This document shows positions 26,175 through 37,700 of a stretch of 64,000 nt of DNA, piece by piece; positions within the stretch are counted from its first letter, which is position 1; each line of letters begins with the position of its first letter. The stretch comes from Lingula anatina (lineage: Eukaryota; Animalia; Brachiopoda): contig CM120640.1 in assembly GCA_051362555.1 (NCBI GenBank), forward strand, positions 8,680,001 through 8,744,000, written 5' to 3'. The notes below the pieces were generated by a model. It worked only from the letters and a program-made list of their open reading frames with translations. It ran no database searches and had not been told where the DNA came from. A program made the position numbers and the translations under genes.

Positions 26175-28672
26175 TCATGTAGCAGTAGTATTGTCTATAT
26201 ACTGGGGTTGCACTTTGGCTACTTTCCTGAATTCTTTTGACATAGTTTTTGGACAGATCATTTCATTCCAACTGACTGGGACCATATTCACTCCTGCAAC
26301 AAAGAAATTAATTGCCATTTTTTATCAAGAGAAAGCATGTAGTCCAGAAAAAATCTGAATGAAATGCAGAAAGTCTTTGTTTGTAATATTTGTACCATAA
26401 CTGCCTTAATCATCCATTCACTTTCATTTTCCACCACCCCTCAAACTTCACATTCCTATGTTGTTTAATGTATAGTCTCATATTTTTACATAGGAATATC
26501 TACATTTGAAGTGTGAAGTAAATAACTATCTAAAGAACCATAGTAACTATAAGAGTTCGGATTTTAATTTTTGAGAAGACAAATGTTTACTCCAATACCA
26601 TTCACAGGAAGTTACTATCTCCACTCTATAGAAAATGCATAGATTAACCTGCTTCACTGACAGCTGCCACAACTCCTAGTTCATTTTCTGCTGTGGTCAG
26701 TAGGTAGGACTGTGCATCTCCTAATGACAACTGGACATGCCCGTCAAGGAAACCATTGAGAAAGTCTTTATACAAAGCAGCTAAACTTAGAAATAAGGGG
26801 TTCTACTTTAAATGAATATGATTTCTTACTAATGTATGTGTAATGTGATTTCAATGGAATGAAATTCTAATCATAAAAATTTATGAGCAAAATTTAGTTG
26901 TTTTTTTTTATTTCACTGACTGAGAACATGTAAAACTGACAATAAATCTAAATGTACAGCAGTCATCCTGATAAATATTTGACATGTCCTGTGTTGTGAC
27001 AAAAACAGAAAATTAAGTCCTAATTTATGTTTTTTGTGTGCAAAAGATAATTCTCAACACAAGTATGCCACATTAAACCCATTTTTTTATAGAGTTTGTT
27101 TTGATTGTGCCTGAATATAGTTATTTTGGTCTCCACTTTCATGTGGTTATAAACTTATTTATTTACTATCATGTTATTTGTGAAATGTGAAAATGCCTCA
27201 TCTTCAAAGCAAAACATTATGTGGAAAAAGTCTTTTGAAAGAGACTTAATGTCATTATGGTGTTTAAACTCAAGGATACAACTCGTGCTATAACCAAATC
27301 ACCAGGTCTGAAACTTTTGTACATTTCAACCTGAAAAATAAAACAGAAAGAGAAACCAAGAAGTAGATTATACATACATACATACATAATGAACAATGTA
27401 TTTTTATGTGATTAAATAAGCACAGTGCTTTACTGGTACGCTTCTTTAAGTCAATGTATCTATGCTTTGAGTAGTTCTGTATTTGGTGGCCCTTGTGATA
27501 CTAGCATTTTTTTTTCATAAAAGCAGTAGAAATATATGAATTCATAAAATTTCTTTGCTGTGGTACTGTATTATTTACCCTGTCCTTTTCTGTAGCTCTG
27601 ACATCTTCTTTTCTGACAAGCCCTCGGAATGATTCTTTTAATGGCATATTGTCTACTCCTAATATGGCACATTTACAAAATCTTGGATTTACATTGGTGA
27701 CCTGCAAATGAAGAGTAAAATAAAAGTCAGACAAGCATGAATTCTCATAAATAATCCACTTATTATCATTTATGAAACAAAAGGATGAGTATACATTTTT
27801 TTTATAATTGTGATTGGACACAAAAGACTATTGTTGAGAATAGTATGGTGAACTGCTAAGATTCAAATATTTATTAACATACAAAAAAGTATATGGAATG
27901 CTTACCCTACAAGTAACGAGAGATCCCACTGAAGGAACAATGTTGTGTTTCTTCTCTGTCAAAACCTCTATCACTGTCTGAAAACAAAATACAGGATTAC
28001 ATATTGATTATGTAAACATCTTAAGCACTATACTTCAAGCTAAATTTATATATATAAATAAAATATTCAGTACGTACTAACCTTGCCACTCTCTCCATCC
28101 CCCTCCCTGACATTGACATATCCGGCAAGACAGGAGTAAAGGTACCCTTGTCTTACATCTGTACCAGAACCAGCAACTTGGCCTTCCTCTAAGCGACATA
28201 TTCTTTGACCTTTATTCAAAATAACAATCACAAAATGTAATATATGACAGTGCATAATATATGGATTTTGTAGAGGTTGGTAACCGTTAGCAGTTTCACA
28301 AGTAAGTAACAGTGATCATACTGCCAAATCATTTATCAAGAAATGAAATGAATCTCTATCACTTTAATCATAACCTTAATCAACAGTCCTCAATCTACAG
28401 TAACACTGTTTATATCATATTGTCTCGAATTGTTATATTGACTAATAAGTAATATGTATCATAATCAGGCTCAGCGCCCTCAGTAATTTTAGCTAAATCT
28501 AATTTGCTTCCTAAAGAGACGACAAAGGGGCAGATCAACATACTACGTATTTAATAAAGGCTTCATTGTTAATAAGAAAACAACAATTAACAATAAAACT
28601 GTTGAGTTCTCTTTTACACGGCTTAAAATTAAAACACAACAAACCAGGTGTGCAGATCGTGGGCGCTGCCAT
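26175..28672 (-). CDS. EXOSC1: Exosome complex component CSL4 (EXOSC1), ~200 aa
   Basis: Exons 28645-28672, 28082-28209, 27906-27977, 27579-27701, 27280-27330, 26649-26730, 26175-26293. Protein MAAPTICTPGQRIC...GSGT...VPSVGSLVTCRVTNVNPRFCKCAIL...[55 protein letters not shown]...MVPVSWNEMICPKT...EFRKVAKVQP. Confidence 0.96.
26731..27279 (-). other. U12-type (minor spliceosome) GT-AG intron in EXOSC1
   Basis: 5' splice site GTATCCTTG; branch site TTTCCTTGAC ending ~12 nt before the intron's 3' end; no polypyrimidine tract. Confidence 0.88.
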
Positions 28673-28721
28673 CTTTGTTTTTCTCGGTCAAGATAAACCT
28701 CAATCTGAAAATAGGTCAATC
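28673..28721. promoter_or_regulatory. Ultra-short bidirectional promoter/5' region between EXOSC1 and FRA10AC1
   Basis: Only 49 nt between the divergent ATGs; YY1-like AAGATGGC overlaps the EXOSC1 start. Confidence 0.65.
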
Positions 28722-31700
28722 ATGGCAAGCGGCAATAGCTCGGATTTAGTTGAGGTGATTTCGTTTTTTTAGAGGATATATTCGCTTAGAGGTCGGCTGT
28801 CGGGTCCGACTTTGAGATCTTTGTGCAGTGCACCTAGGGACCTGTGCAAGAATTTATTTACAGTGGGAAGGTCGTTGCACAAGTACACGTAATAAAGACA
28901 GCTTTTAGACTCTCAGTAAATTTGGACTTTTGAAGTTCTGTTTATGTTTTCTGTATAAATCGACTGCGAATTGACAAAAGAAAGTAAAAGTTATTTATAC
29001 TGTTTATATGAACAAAAGCCATCAGTTATGCCAGAGAACTTATCTTCAAACGTTTGGAACATACAGGGGATCTTTTTAAAATTCTCGCTTTTATAGAATT
29101 TAAACAAGATTATGTGGTAATTTTAATCAGTGTCTTGGCTATTCAATTTTTTAAAAAATTACTAACTTATTTTTAAAACTTTTTTGAGACACCTTCAAGT
29201 TCTTTGACCAATAAACTTGCAGCAAATTTTCACCCAAGCAATAACCTCAGCTCTCATAGTATTTGGAAGGCATAAAGTTTCATTTAAACACATCTTAAAA
29301 TTAGTCAATTAATTCCCCAAATAATTTATTTAAGTAGTGGAGATACTGCTAAAAGTCACCACAAAAAGTTATTTATAACAGATATATAATGTCACAGAGT
29401 TATATGGTGGGGGTGGGGGGGGGGGGGGAATATTGCAAAAGTGCCTAATTTTCATCATGCAGATCAACTGTTTTTCCTGTTACTAGGTTCATCATGGTGG
29501 GGACTATAGTTCAGAATTTGAATATGATAGTGAGGCAGAGAAACAAAGGTGAGTGACATCAGTGAATGTTTCATTGATGTTTAAGTATGCCATTTCGACC
29601 AGCAAGACCAGACTTCCCAACAACCTCCACCTCTGCAATGTAAATGCAAGAGTACAACAACAAACATACAAGGAGCAGAGTTGAAAGATATCATCAGATC
29701 TTGATGATCTACATCATGTAATATAGCAAATGCTTAAGGATACTGTTAGCCTTTACCAAAAACTCCCTATTTACTGCCTTACATATATTCTTTTGGATAA
29801 CAGATAAATCTTAAGTGTTCAGTGACTAAATTAATTAAGCCTTAGTTCAGACTTTATCATTGATATAGCAACATAATGCCTTTGTTTAATGAAAATCTGT
29901 AATTAGGGGCTCATAACTCCATAACATAAACATTTAAACGGAATTGACGGCATGATATTGTAGACCATATACATGTACACTGGTAGTCAACAATGCCAAC
30001 TTTCGTGATAAGTTGATAACATCGGATCTTGCTCAAGGATGAAGTTGTACCCCATACCGATTGCTATCTCAAATGGAAAGGTGTTAAATTGATGATTAAA
30101 CCTTTGAGTTACCTATTGTTATACATTGCAACAAGAAATATAAACACTTGTACTTTATATTTTGAGGGGATTTTTATTCTTTTAAATCAGCACAAAGATT
30201 GATGCATTATTGAATAATTATTTTCGGTATCTGGATGTTAATTAATACCCTTAAAGACTTACTTACCAACTGCTAGTTACATAAAAGCATCCCACTATGT
30301 CCATACTATCACCAACAAAAACACCCCAACCCCAGCAACACTCAAAGTGCTAGCCAGCAGGCAGCCAATTCTAGCAGAGAGACAGGTTTTACTGTCAATT
30401 ACATGTAACAGATAAGTACACCCTCTCCCTGTACCATCTGTAGCTGTAACACCTAGGGACTGCAGGTGACCAATTCCAGTAGCAAGACCAGCCCACTGTT
30501 TGCTTCTACACCATTTTTTTCTTTTTTGACACATACTCTGCTTTTCTTTTTGAAAAATAGTTTATTTATTCACCAGTCATTTTCAGTAGCAGCCGTATAA
30601 TCATAAAAGAAATGTTAAAAATGTGTAAAGGGATTATATTAACATAAGTATTACATTTTGTGAAACAAACTTTTTGCAAGTCATGTACCGGTAAGATATC
30701 ATAGCACTTGCTGGACCTTTTTACAGGTTGTATTTAATCAATTTCACTGTATGTTAACTCTGACAGTTTGAATATGTATTGTGATGTATAACTTATATTT
30801 GCTTTAAATGCTTTAAAGCATGCTTTAAATGATTTTTTCGTTTTGGAAAAACAATTATCTGATGAAATGTTAAATGTTTACAAGTATTTTTTATATACTT
30901 GCAGAAATAAAAGAAAAGATATGGCTGTTAAGCATAAAGAAAAATCTCACAAAGTTGCACCCAGAAGTGAATGTGAAGCTGAGTATAGCAAGTAAGTAAA
31001 TCAGTTTTTATACACATACACTTGGTCAAAGGAATTCTGTAGGAATTACAGCAATATGAATGTGGGGTCAAATTTCATTTTCACAAGTCATGCAAATGGA
31101 ATGACGAATGATGAGCATTATCCATCAATATTTAGTAAAAATATTTACCTTAGCTCATATGGTTATTTTATAATTTTTCAAAATGACAATGTTTCCACAC
31201 TTTTTTGGCCAAGTGTATTTAGTACACAGCTTCAGTTGTAAAATTCAAAATAACTATATAAGAACATATACCCTCATCTCCAGTCAAAGTTGTCAACCAA
31301 GTGTTTATAAACTTGGATCCATTATTTGAACATATCTTTATTTTTATTCAAAATATCATAATTGAAGCCTTTGATGAGTTATTAATAATTAATTCTCAAC
31401 TTCCCATGTTTCTTTTACAGAGATGAGGGCAGAAGGCAAAGATTCCATATTCTCAGTATGGATGCAGTATCCTTTACCTCTTAGCATTCACTTTGCAAAA
31501 ATATAACTTTCCATTGCTGGATTTCTGGTTTAAGAACCATTCTATTGGAGTTTATGTTCTGTTCTTTTTCATGAATCATGGGATATTTAAGAGATTTGAA
31601 GGAGAATATGTGTTTGGCGAAAATACACTTGATTGCATCTGTTTTGTTATGAATTCATGTTGTTATGTACTTGTATGCAGTTTTTCATAAAGCACACTTT

Positions 31701-34700
31701 GTTGTGATACATGTACATCTTTTTCATTGAAAATTTCACTAACATGAGTAGGTTTGTAATTTATCATAATTCCAAAATTCTTTGTAAAAGAGCTAGATAT
31801 ATAGCAAAGGTTAGAGGAAAATGACTAGTGTTTAATAAGATGCTGGACAGGTGTATCTGCAATGTGCATTTTTTTTCCTTCATTGCTAAACCCATAGTAT
31901 TCAAGGCACAAGAAATTCATCAATGATTACATGATTTACTATGGTGGAAAGTGGTCTGAATTCAAACAGAACAAGTAAGAATGCTGAAATGAAAAAAATA
32001 TATAATTGTAGAATGTCACTACTGAGTTCATATATTCAACAGCAGCCAACATTTTATGCACTTAAAATTGTGTCATAATGAATTTACAAAGTGTGAATTT
32101 TTGTCTTAAGAGACAGTCTACATATAATGTCATTATTATGCGTATGGTACTCTGCTCTTAAATAGTAAATCATTGTACCACCAGCGTAGGCGCTGGCGGT
32201 ACACATGGTTTTAGTCCCGACCCGTATGTTCCGCCGGCTCCTGCGGCTCCGCCGGCTCCTGCGGCTCTGCCGGCTCCTGCGGCTCCGCCGCCAAGTCACC
32301 GTTACCGCTTCTCCTCCTAGACGGTAAGGGCCTCCATACCCATCTCTTGGATTTAGGTCACCTATAATCTCAACTTGTTCCACGTAAAATTTGGGCTTTG
32401 TCGGTATTGGGGTCTAGGTGTGGCACTCATTGCAATGCACCCTTGTCCAAAAATGGCAAAATTAAATGCTACCCAGACAGCCTCAGTGATCTGGCCCACG
32501 TCTGGCCCAGATCTGGCAACGTCTGGCAATGTCTGGCAAAAGGTATGGCCCACGTATGGCTTGCCACATGTGGGCCAGATGTGGCAATGTTTGGGCCAGA
32601 TCTGGCCCAGACATTGCCACATCTGGCCCAGTCCACATTTGCTCATGTGGCCAGATGTCGGCCCAGATCTGGCAATATCTGGCAAAGGTATGGCATGCCA
32701 GATGTGGACCAGATGTGGGCCAGATCATATTCAAATGGGCCAGATTAGGGCCAGACATGGACCACATATGGCCCAGATTGTTTTTTTTTTTTTCTTTTTT
32801 TTAATTATTTTTAATTATTCAATAAGATTACTATAAAAAAAGACATACAAAATTCAAGATTCAAGTATTTATTCTGTGCTAAAACCCTAAACAAAATTAT
32901 TACACATTATATAACATTGCTGGCAACTAACATGTAACAAATAAAGGGTCACTCCTTGTCTTTTTGTACAAAACAATGTATGTTTGAAAAAAAAAAAACT
33001 ACACTGCAAAAAGGCAAATATACAGACACTTAACAGGAGGAAATGTCACTTACATACGTGTAAAGAAAACAGTTATAACAACATTTTTTTTTAACACAAA
33101 GCTGCTCATCGAATCTGAATTAACACAAATTACAAAAATTGTAATTAATTATGCATGTACATGGGGGGGGGGGTTGAGGGGGAAATATTTTTGCACACCT
33201 CAACCTAAATAATATGATACATTGTCATTTTTAAACTAATTCAAACATATCATTAATAATAATAATCACTAATGAATATAGTTTTGTAATGAATAAATCT
33301 TGAATAATGAATGAAAAAACATTGTTTTTTAGATGATGGAGAGTTATAACAAAAATATAAATAACCATGCAGTAACTATTTCAATTCAACTTGCATGCTG
33401 GCTACAGTACTGTACATACATGTAAATTCTGAAAAAAAAATGTATACTCCAGCGCAGATATAGATGTACGATTAAAAGAGAATTACATGTGAACAAAAAC
33501 AAACCCCAGTATCAATGCTTTTGAATTAAATCACATCACGAATCAAATCACTCAATGAATTGAACCAGTTTGCAATGCTTCCGCTTTTTTCAAATCCATA
33601 ACACTAAGAAATGATACTCCTTGATACTCCTTGACAAGCTTATAAGTTATAATTATTAAAGGAATCAACAATGGAACAAGTAACTCTACCAAGTTTAACA
33701 ACAGTTCATTCAAATGTCAAGTCAAAACACAACATCCCTTCCTTTCTTGGAGAGAAACAGTCCTTTCAAAACATGTTAATTGACAGTTCAGTCTTTAAAA
33801 TGTCTTTTCAAACATTTGCAGAATAGCATATGAACTCCAACTTTTATTCCTTAAACCACAGTGACACTGAAAATTCTCAAAACTAATCAACTCATATCAA
33901 ATCCCATGTCCTTTCACTACTACTGGTCTCTTCCTTTGCTTGCCTTTATGTCACATTCAAATGTTCCCTTCACTTTTAAAGGTTTCTCAGACGTGTATGA
34001 ATAATACTGTTTGTTTTCTGGTCCTCCACAAGAGCCACATTTATTTCTCTTGGATTTCAGCATTCTCCATGTATTTTCATCAATGATATTACAATATGCA
34101 CCTGAATCTGGTAATACACTGAGATTAACACCTCCTCTATTTCCTCCATGTCTTCTGTGTATATTGCATTGGTTCCCACACCAAATGTATATGCACTCCT
34201 GGATTATCATGTTCAAAGCTGTCATTTACATGAATAATAGTTTCAGTTTTAGAGACTTTTGCAAAGTGATCCAACGTTCCATGTTTTCTCAGTCAGGGAG
34301 TTTCTACTTCGTTTTTCATGTCTAAACTCGTAATGTTTAGACTGGCTTGGTTTGTCAAATGACTTCGGTTTCATCATACTCACAGTTTCTGGTGTTCCAA
34401 TTTCATTCAAAGCGTTAACTGTCTTATGTATATTCATGTTTCTAACCTGTGTTTGGGAGAGTCCTGAAAATATCTTGTACACCTGTCCCTGCTGAATACA
34501 ACATAAGCGCGCGTCTCCTCTGTCATGTATTTTTAATTTTCTATCTTTGTTCATTATTCATGCCGTCCGTTGGTTTTGAAAAGATCAATCTTTTCCGTCA
34601 GCGAAGAGGTTAAAACTGTCTAGCCATCGCGTCGAGCGTGACCCTAATGTCTCCGGACTTCTGTACGGTTCGAATTCCGTAATTTCACATTTTTCCTCCA

Positions 34701-37700
34701 TTTTTTCAAAGAAAGTTGGCTCACAGTTTTGCACTAGTGTTAATCCTCGTCGCCAGTGTTGATGCCTTCGAAATAAATCGCATCACGAATCAAATCACTT
34801 AACGAATTGTATCAGTTTGATACGCTTGTGCTTTTTTCATATCCATAACTCTAAGAAACGCTACATCCGGGTCCTTGACCGGCTTAGCATAAAAAGCGGA
34901 ATTTTACAACAGCGGAACGAGTAGTTCAAAAAAGTTTTAAAACAGTGAATTCATTCAAATGTCAAGTCAAACTAAACAAATAGCACACTTATGAGAGGAC
35001 TTTGAAGAAAAGAGAGAGATAAATTAAATCAAAATTTATCAAATGATGTCAGTTTAATGCATTCAGCTCACTGCATGGTCAATAAAAAATAAATAAATAG
35101 AAAATAAAAATTGAAAATGAAAGTACCATATCTGGCCCAAGTCTGGGCAGCATCTGGCAAAATGTGGCATAAATGCCAGACTTTGCCAGACTTGGCCCAG
35201 ATCTGGCAAGTGTCTGGCAAAATGTGGCATAAATGCCAGACTTTGCCAGACTTGGCCCAGATCTGGCAAGTGTCTGGCAAAATCTGGCCCAGATATTGCC
35301 AGACGTTGCCAGATCTGGGCCAGATGTGGGCCAGATTACTGAGGCTGTCTGGGTAATTATCTCCCCTACGGAAGGAATTATGGGAAAAATTTCTACAGAC
35401 AGCTTTCCAAAAGTCATATGTGTAGATTTCAAATATGCCCTTGGATTTGACCTTTGACCTTTATTTCAAGGTCAAACGGGCCAAAATTTTCAAAAAAACA
35501 AAATTTTTGCCGAAAAAAAAATTATTTGCGGTCTTATTCAGACACCACACAGACTTAACTAATAATATTAATGGAAAGTGTTACCCTTCGGGTCATCTTT
35601 CATCTCCATGAATTTGGGGTCAGTCGGTGCATTTTCACGGGAGTAGCGGCCATAAGATATCGAAACTGAAAACTGTCTCTAATTCGGGAACCGTTAATGC
35701 TAGACACCCATTCTTTTTTGCATTTTGTAGAGCATGTAAAGCCCAACACTGGAGGTGGTCTCCGTTTTTTTGTATTCCATACGGTTTTCGAGTTACGCTG
35801 TATCAAAAAGTACATATTGGTGGTGAAAGCAAAATGTGCAGTACGGTAATGGATAATAAATTTTGAACTCCAGAAAAACTAGAGGATCAGAGAGGCGATA
35901 CCGCCTCCGGATATTGTACCACCAGCTGGAGTAAGCGCATTCGTATGGACCCCCCCCCTCCAAAAAGGGACACCATCACCAGTCTTGTGCTTGACAAGCT
36001 CTATAAAATGCAATCAACAGGAGTTCTCAAAATATACAAAAAAATATAATTAAAAATGGTCAGTATATGACTTTCTATTCAACTTCAATAGTAACTATGG
36101 ACCTATACTATCTCTGCCAGTTTTGGAGATATAAGGGACTAAATGTTATAATTTTGCAGTTACCATAATGTGCCAAAAATTTCCTACAGAAAAAATTAAT
36201 TAAAATAAAGAAAAGGTCATTTTGGTCAAAATTCTTGAAATGGGAGGTGCTCTGAAGTTCCAGATGTTCTAATTTGATGAAATAATGTCATTTTTGACCA
36301 CAAGTTGCCTGCTTTGCCAAGCCTTATGTTTTATTTTTCTGGAGTTCAAAATTAATTATCCATTACCGTACTGCACATTTTGCTTTCACCACCAATATGT
36401 ACTTTTTGATACAGCGTAAATTTGGAGATAAAAGGGAAGCAAAATTTGCAAAGTTCAGTTCATGGTGAAAAGTAGGTCAAAGGTCAATTTCAAGGTCACA
36501 TTCAGATTGCCAGTATGACTTCCTATTCAATACAACAGTAACTATGGACCTATCTCTGCCAGTTTTGGAGATAAAAGGGAAGCAAAATTTGCAAAGTTCA
36601 GTTCATGGTGACAAGTAGGTCAAAGGTCAATTTCAAGGTCACATTTAGATTGTCAGTATATGACTTCATATTCAAGTTCAATAGAAACTATGGACCTATC
36701 TCTGCCAGTTTTGGAGATAAAAGGGAAGCAAAATTTGCAAAGTTCAATTCATGGTGAAAAGTAGGTCAAAGGTCAATTTCAAGGTCACATTTAGATTGCC
36801 AGTATATGACTTCCTATTCAACTTCAATAGTAACTATGGACCTATCTCTGCCAGTTTTGGAGATAAAAGGGAAGCAAAATTTGCAAAGTTCAATTCGTGG
36901 TGAAAAGTAGGTCAAAGGTCAATTTCAAGGTCACATTTAGATTGCCAGTATATGACTTCCTATTCAACTTCAATAGTAACTATGGACCTATCTCTGCCAG
37001 TTTTGGAGATAAAAGGGAAGCAAAATTTGCAAAGTTCAGTTCATGGTGAAAAGTAGGTCAAAGGTCAATTTCAAGGTCACAGTAAGATTGACAGTATATG
37101 ACTTCCTATTCAACTTCAATAGTAACTATGGACCTATCTCTGCCAGTTTTGGAGATATAAGGGACTAAATGTTATAATTTTGGAATTACCTTAATGTGCC
37201 ATAAATTTCCTACAGCAAAAATTAATTAAAATAAAGAAAAGGTCATTTTGGTCAAAATTCTTGAAATGGGAGGTGCTCTGAAGTTCCAGAAGTTCAAATT
37301 TGATGAAATAATGTCATTTTTGACCACAAGTTGTCTGCTTTGCCAAGCCTTATGTTTTATTTTTCCAGAGTTCAAAATTTATTATCCATTACCGTACTGC
37401 ACATTTTGCTTTCACCACCAATATGTACTTTCTGATACAGCATAACTTGAAAACCGTACGGAATACAAAAAAACGGAGACCACCTCCAGTGTTGGGCTTT
37501 ACATGCTTTACAAAATGCAAATAAGAATGGGTCTCTAGCATTAACGGTTCCCGAATTAGAGACAGTTTTCAGTTTCGCCATCTTATGGCCGCTACTCCGG
37601 TGAAAATGCACTGATTGACCCCAAATTCACGGAGATGAAGGATGACCTGAAGGGTAACACTTTCCAATAATATTATTGGTTAAGTCTGTGTGGTGTCTGA

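Noticed and set aside
29905-30110. CpG-containing segment in FRA10AC1 intron 2 as an ncRNA
   Set aside because: No snoRNA boxes or tRNA fold recognised; more likely a repeat fragment whose ends I cannot define.
32084-32836. Overlapping ORFs in many frames, including an Arg/Ser-rich one mirrored at 37971-38297
   Set aside because: Open frames come from the stop-poor 9-bp microsatellite and ATCTGGC subterminal arrays of the transposons.
34743-34755. ATCCTCGTCGCCA as part of a tRNA-Ser gene
   Set aside because: Only the 3' 13 nt including CCA match, directly beside an LTR end, so it is a primer-binding site.
35063-35457. Repetitive ORFs on both strands
   Set aside because: Products of the right subterminal array, which includes an exact 60-bp tandem duplication.
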